Source: Podarcis pityusensis
Taxonomy: Eukaryota
Assembly: GCA_964106645.2 (NCBI GenBank)
Contig: OZ067038.1
Length of the DNA: 64,000 bases
Strand: one strand, 5' to 3'
Below are positions 58,715 to 64,000 of the stretch, piece after piece. The notes beneath the pieces are model-generated. The model ran no database searches and had not been told where the DNA came from. It saw nothing but the letters and a program-made list of their open reading frames with translations. A program made the translations under genes and the position numbers. Position 1 is the stretch's first letter. Every line of letters begins with the position of its first letter.

Positions 58715-60481
58715 GGCCCAGGAGAGAGGCAAACTGTAAAGCTAGCATCCCTTCAGCCTTCACAAGGGCACCTTTATTGCATAAATTACTACATCTCTAT
58801 GTTGCAATGACATTCCAGGAAAAGGTAAATTGTCACTCCACTTGCGTATGACCAAAGTCATTATCCCACATGAAAGAAAAGAAAATTGAACACAGTCTAA
58901 ATCTAGATCTAGCCAACATGAACATAACAAATCCGCCTTTTATAGGTAAACATTTGAGGGTGGCAGCTGGTCAGAAGAAGTCTGGGCAAATTGTTTTCCT
59001 AGTTTCTTTTGAAGATGTGTGAAGCCCATTCTGGTTCCCTTATACTGAATTAGACTTGTTGCACATTTTAGTCCTGCAACCGGTCTTTCTATTTAAATAG
59101 CAGCAGAGGCTGTGGAATGAAAGCGTACCCTCATCACCCTCAGCCTGTTATAGACATATTCTCCCAAATCAAGAAAGAATTGATTTTGACATTGTTTTAA
59201 TACCTATATTATCCCTAGAACTCAAAACATTACAGAACAGGAAGTATATTTGCCGCTGGGTGTACCTATGGCAGGGAGCCATGCCCAGTCCCAGCTCCCT
59301 AGCACACGTCTCTGCGTAATACCTGCATTTACAAACATGGATTTTTCATACACATTCGATACACTTTACTGTATGCACACAATATAATATGCAAAGTGAT
59401 CCTTGGTTTCAAACTATGTCCATATATGGAAGGTATATGCAGTTCCTAGTACAATGTTGGAGCCTGCTAGCAGGTACTCAATCGCAATGTAGAAAACAGC
59501 ATACTAGTAGCAGAATTTTCTAATTGCTTTTAGGAAGTTTTTCTATTTAGGAGTAAGTAATGCATAATATATAGTCATACTTTCTGCCATCAGGTTTCTA
59601 TTGAATTCCTTGTCAATATTACTAGAGCACAACTTTCAACTATTTCTCTGTGAAACTGTTTCCTAATGCGAGTTGCAAGATGCATCGTTTGAATGAATAG
59701 ATCACAGATAAGGTAAAGGACTCAGAAAATTGCTTTTAATTCTGTCACAGACTCTTGCAATTTCACTTTGCCCCAGTTCTACAATAGGCATGCTGTAAGG
59801 GTAAAAGCTATAAAAGACTTAAGATAGTAAATAATTTGATACTATAGTGATAGGTGCACATGGTTAGATGGAAGATAGTGAACCAATTGCATCATTTCCA
59901 TATCCTTATCTGATGCAGGTTTTTAACAAAATTAGGCTGTGTTACATCACACACAAGTTTCTACAGCATAATGAAGTATTTAGGTCTGCACTGTGCTATA
60001 CAATATGTGAAACAAAATCATTGCAGAAACATGAGTATTTATTCTTTATCCGACAGAGCCAACTTGTTCTTCTTTTGAGTAGCTGATAATTACGGCCATT
60101 GCCTCGTGTTCCTGTATCACATTAGATCAGCAGAATGATCCAACTATTCCCTCCACTACCTTGCCTCTAACAGTGATGGGAAGGTTCTGTAATTCACCAG
60201 GTTGGTAAGTACATAGCAATGTTTTGAAGCATGCTACCATACAAAATGTGGGGTAAACAAACCCTTCTAAGGTTCCAGCATGCAGATCAATACCATTTAC
60301 TGGTCTTAAAGAATGAAACTCTAAAAATTGTTTCAAAGGGGCTTTGAATTCTAGCTACATCTTACACTAGGTCAAATAACCATATTTGTATTGCCCCTTA
60401 AATATGAAAAAGAGACTTACGAGTAGTAGTGGAGATTTGTGTCAGGGTCAAGTTTCAACTGTAATAAAAAGGGTTGCTTAC

Positions 60482-60578
60482 CTTCAGACAGAGAGAAGTC
60501 ATCAGCTGGAGACAGCAGGTCTGCCTGTACAGCAAGGCCATCGCTCAGCCACGTGGTAATCTGATTTGTCAAGATAAC
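60482..60578 (-). CDS. RAD51B: RAD51B internal coding exon (equivalent to human exon 8), VILTNQITTWLSDGLAVQADLLSPADDFSLSE(G)
   Basis: Minus-strand translation matches the RAD51B segment VILTNQITTHLSGALASQADLVSPADDLSLSEG (recalled). Flanked by acceptor ...tctgtttgcAG and donor GTAAGC; 97 nt, phase 0 to phase 1. Not in the ORF track. Confidence 0.96.
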
Positions 60579-61238
60579 CTGCAAACAGACATGGAGAAGG
60601 AAAAAGTATTAGAATTACAAGAAGAATATACAGTGGTACCTCAGAGAAGAATTGGAATGTATATAGGCAGACAGGCAACCCTCAACACCCACCCTAATTT
60701 TCAACCACTTCAATTCCTTCCTAGAAATGTTGGATCAACTATAGTAGCATCATAATAGACTGCTGCAGAAAGCAAAAGCTTTCAAGCAATCTTTTCAGAT
60801 TACTTATGGGCTTCACATTACACCTCATATCTCCCAGGTACGAGAAAGGGATGCCTTTGTTGAAAAGGAGTAATGGTACAGAGAAAACAAGTATGTAGGA
60901 GCCAGGATGGGAAGTGATGAGTGTTTAGGGCCCGGTTGGTGCGGGTGTGCATAAAATTCAAAAAAGCGAATAAGAAGTTTAAGAGTCAGATGGGTATATA
61001 CAATGAGGATCCTGGAATATCTGTTAAGCTTAGAATATAGGGTGATGCATGACTTCAAAAAAATCGGACAGATTTAGTGAATGCGACAAACTGAATTGGG
61101 CCACCTCATCATTTCAAGTGCATGCTGTATAGAGCCAGTGAGGTAAGATGACATTGCTAGTCCCAGTCAGTCTGGGCTAAAAACAAATAAAGAATAAAAT
61201 ACCATGGAAACAAAATATCACCAGAGCTATCCCATCTT

Positions 61239-61380
61239 TGTAGATCAATGTTAGAGCACCTACTTTGTATGCAAAATGTCAAAGGCCCCTGGTATCTCCA
61301 GGTAGGGCAGAGAAAGCCTCCTGTCAAAGCTTGGAGAGAACTGCTGGTCACTGAGACAGATGGTCTGGCTTGGTGTAAGA
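61239..61380 (+). mobile_element. Degenerate tRNA-derived SINE (same family)
   Basis: TAGAGCACCTACTTTGTATGCAAAATGTC...CCCCTGGTATCTCCAGGTAGGGC matches the family head. Confidence 0.55.
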
Positions 61381-62704
61381 ATTGCTGCTACCATGATAGT
61401 CTGGAGCACCAAATATTTCCATGTTGTCTATCCAAGAGAGTGATTCTGTCAGGATCTATCAAGATTCAGGTTAGAAGCCTTCTGATCTATTATGCACTGG
61501 GGTCCCATCTGCTGTTATGAACTACAGATAGAGCAAGAAGGTAGAGTATTGTTTTCTACATGGCTCCAGCACATAGCTGTCAACTTTTCCCTTTTCTTGC
61601 AAGGAATCCTATTCAGAATAAGAGACTTTCCCTTAAAAAAAGGGAAACATTGACAGCTGTGCTCCAGCACCTCACCACCAGTTTCCTCTTGAGCAATCCT
61701 GGCTATAAAATGTATAGTGTAACTAATTCTAGCTCATGCCTGAGCCTTTGCCTGGGCAAAAAACCCAGACTCAATTCTGAACATGACTTCATAGTTGTAC
61801 ATCTGTATTTCTGCCAGGCTTACCTGTCCCTCCTATAGCTTCCCGTCTGACTGATCCTCTATCAGGTTGCCACCTTCTTAGCATGCCTGTACCAGCCTAC
61901 ATGCTTGATCCAACCCCTGCTTCTGTGGTAGGTAGTGTACAGAGATGGAATAAAGAACAGTTCAATATGTTATGTGCCTGCAATGTTGCAGGATGATCAT
62001 CCTTTTGGTCTGGAGGAGGCAAGATACCTTGCTTTATTTAAAGAGATCAAACAGCGACACACACATATTATAAATTTGTAAGGCTGTTGTCATGCTGCAG
62101 TTTCCTTGACTACCAATAGGTGATCAGGGAAACTCCAGCGTAGTGACAGAACAGCAGGCAGGCAGACGAGAAGCAAGCAGTATAAGTGACAGGCAGCCCA
62201 GGTGAAATGGCAGACTGAAGCACCCCTCTCCTCCCATTAAACATCACTGGAGCGGCATTTGGAGGATAGGTGGTACTTTACAGAATAGTTTGCCAACCTG
62301 CTCTCTGAAGCACCTCACACAGGTCACTTTGGGATGTGTAATTTGTTTATCAACAATGCTGAACTAAGAGCTACCATGACAGCTACCACTGAATCTACTG
62401 AACGACTGCCCATTTTTGTTACCATGAGATGAACCACCTCTGCTAGATGAAGTGGCTAATTGGATAGTGTACCACCAACAACAATTAAATTGAACATAAT
62501 GCAGTTCACGAGTTTGATGGGATAATACAGGCATGTTATATGTAAACATCAGAGCCCCATAGGCTAACCAATGAAAGAAAAAAGGGCAAGAGTAGATTGG
62601 TATTGGGGGATGAACAGGAAGTTCAAAGCCCAACCAGAACTTTGAAGCCCTAATTTTACCAAACCTTCCCTGCACAACAATATATTAAACATGGGCTAAG
62701 ATGG

Positions 62705-64000
62705 TGTTGGTATTAAAGGGTTAAGAAGCTCTAATCAAGACGCTCTAGTCACTGAGCAGCTGGAGGTTGTTAGGCTTCCAGGAATGTGAGTTTGTATAAA
62801 TAGTCAGCTCACTCGTGTGTTTGCCTCCCCTTCCCCTTTCTTTTGGGGCGTGTTTGCTGATATGTGTGATTCTTCACCAGGGTTTTTTGTTTTGTGTAAA
62901 TAAACCTTTTATTTGAGTTCCAAACCGCTTGCTCCAAGATCCCTTTATTGAAAAGATGCTGACTCTCCAGCCCTTCTTGAGCCGCTGTGCGAAATGCTCT
63001 GCTGTAATGGGACATTGTCGCATCGGAAGCGCACTGGACATTTGCTAACCATTAAACTAATTAAAGTTTAATGGGACAGGTTATGGCTGTTTGTACGTCA
63101 AGAAGGAGATAAGGAGTGCAGTTCAGAGTGATTTATGAAAGGACTGGAGCGAAGACAGAAGCGGTTGCCGACAACGAAAGCCTTCAAAGCAGCTTGAGTC
63201 CTGCAACGTGCCTAGGAAAAGTTTTAAAGAGGCACTGCGCAGTTTGCACTCGCTGGAAGACGTCTTATTCCTCGAGGAGCCACCTCAGCAGCTGGGAGAC
63301 GGTCTACAGGTGTGTGAGTATCGTTCCTAAGCCCCAGGGAGGATGGCAGAGTCCCAGGAAAGTTTTACTGTCCCGTTTACGCGACTCAATGGGGAAAATT
63401 GGCAAGATTGGAAGGCTAGAGTAAGGGTTTGGTTGCAAGCAAAAGAGTTGTGGAGTTGTACTGAAGCACCGCCTTTACAGGCAGCTGCAGACGCGTCTGC
63501 AGAAGACAAAGCAGCAGCGGCAGATTCACAGAAACGCGACAGGAAAGCCCAAGGTCTACTAGTTTTGGCAGTGGGACCAGAGCAAATGCCTTATGTTTCT
63601 GAGTTAAAGAACACGCATGAGGTCTGGACGGTTCTGCAGCGGCTAAATTCCAGAAACACTGCGGGGGCCAAGATCCATGCTACAAGATGTTTGTTTGATT
63701 TACGTCTCCAACCGGGAGCGTGTGTGAAAGAACATATTGCCAAAATGGTGTCTGCCTTTAATCAACTAAGACAGCTGGGCATTCCTTTCTCTATGGAGCA
63801 GCAGTCATACATTTTGTTGTCTTCTCTTGATAAAAGCTATGAGACTCTAGCTTTAACTTTGGAAGCTATGCCTTCAACTGAATTAACCCTTGAATACATT
63901 TCTTCTCGACTTGCAGATGAACAGGATAAAAGGCAAAGAGAAAGAGGTTTGTCTTCAAAGGGGAGTTATGCTGTGCCTAAGAGTGGGGATGCTGAGTTTG
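62705..64000 (+). mobile_element. Ty1/Copia LTR retrotransposon, 5' part (continues beyond the window)
   Basis: TGTTGG...CA LTR (about 62705-63078) with TATAAATA (62795) and AATAAA (62899), a GGTTATGG copia-type PBS at 63079, then an open gag. Confidence 0.88.
63343..64000 (+). CDS. gag: Copia Gag(-Pol) N-terminus, open to the window end (219 codons)
   Basis: MAESQESFTVPFTRLNGENWQDWKARVRVWLQAKELW...DRKAQGLLVLAV...HEVWTVLQRL...VKEHIAKM...ILLSSLDKSYETL is a typical copia gag (DUF4219 plus UBN2-like). Absent from the ORF track because there is no stop inside the window. Confidence 0.9.
   Translation, partial: MAESQESFTVPFTRLNGENWQDWKARVRVWLQAKELWSCTEAPPLQAAADASAEDKAAAADSQKRDRKAQGLLVLAVGPEQMPYVSELKNTHEVWTVLQRLNSRNTAGAKIHATRCLFDLRLQPGACVKEHIAKMVSAFNQLRQLGIPFSMEQQSYILLSSLDKSYETLALTLEAMPSTELTLEYISSRLADEQDKRQRERGLSSKGSYAVPKSGDAEF

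Overview
Vertebrate genomic DNA, most likely a squamate and probably a lacertid lizard (inferred from the Sauria SINE, Squam3-like SINEs and squamate-type L2/CR1/L1 repeats). The window lies inside RAD51B on the minus strand. Two internal coding exons are visible, 60482-60578 (97 nt) and 3621-3730 (110 nt), separated by a ~57-kb intron full of transposable elements. The main feature is a complete, apparently very young Ty3/Gypsy chromovirus of the Tf1/sushi (PEG10-like) group at 22688-28178 (minus). It has identical 408-bp LTRs, intact gag and pol, an 11-nt self-priming PBS instead of a tRNA PBS, and a hairpin-associated -1 frameshift signal. Its integrase has a chromodomain lacking two aromatic cage residues, followed by two tandem acidic (Y/V)FG(T/S)...(L/F)xGF motifs. 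These closely resemble the host TND-interacting / LEDGF-IBD-binding motifs of IWS1, JPO2 and POGZ, and the ORF then reads through the whole U3 of the 3' LTR. This putative host-motif mimicry for integration targeting is the best candidate for an undescribed system; it is an inference from sequence only. Also present: a 5'-truncated L1 with a 15-bp TSD, further L1, L2, CR1 and RTE fragments, a decayed DIRS element, a solo LTR, the 5' LTR plus open gag of a Copia element running off the right edge, several Tc1/pogo- and hAT-type MITEs (one with a 128-bp hairpin-rich tandem array), SINEs and microsatellites. Most short ORFs in the supplied track are non-coding noise.
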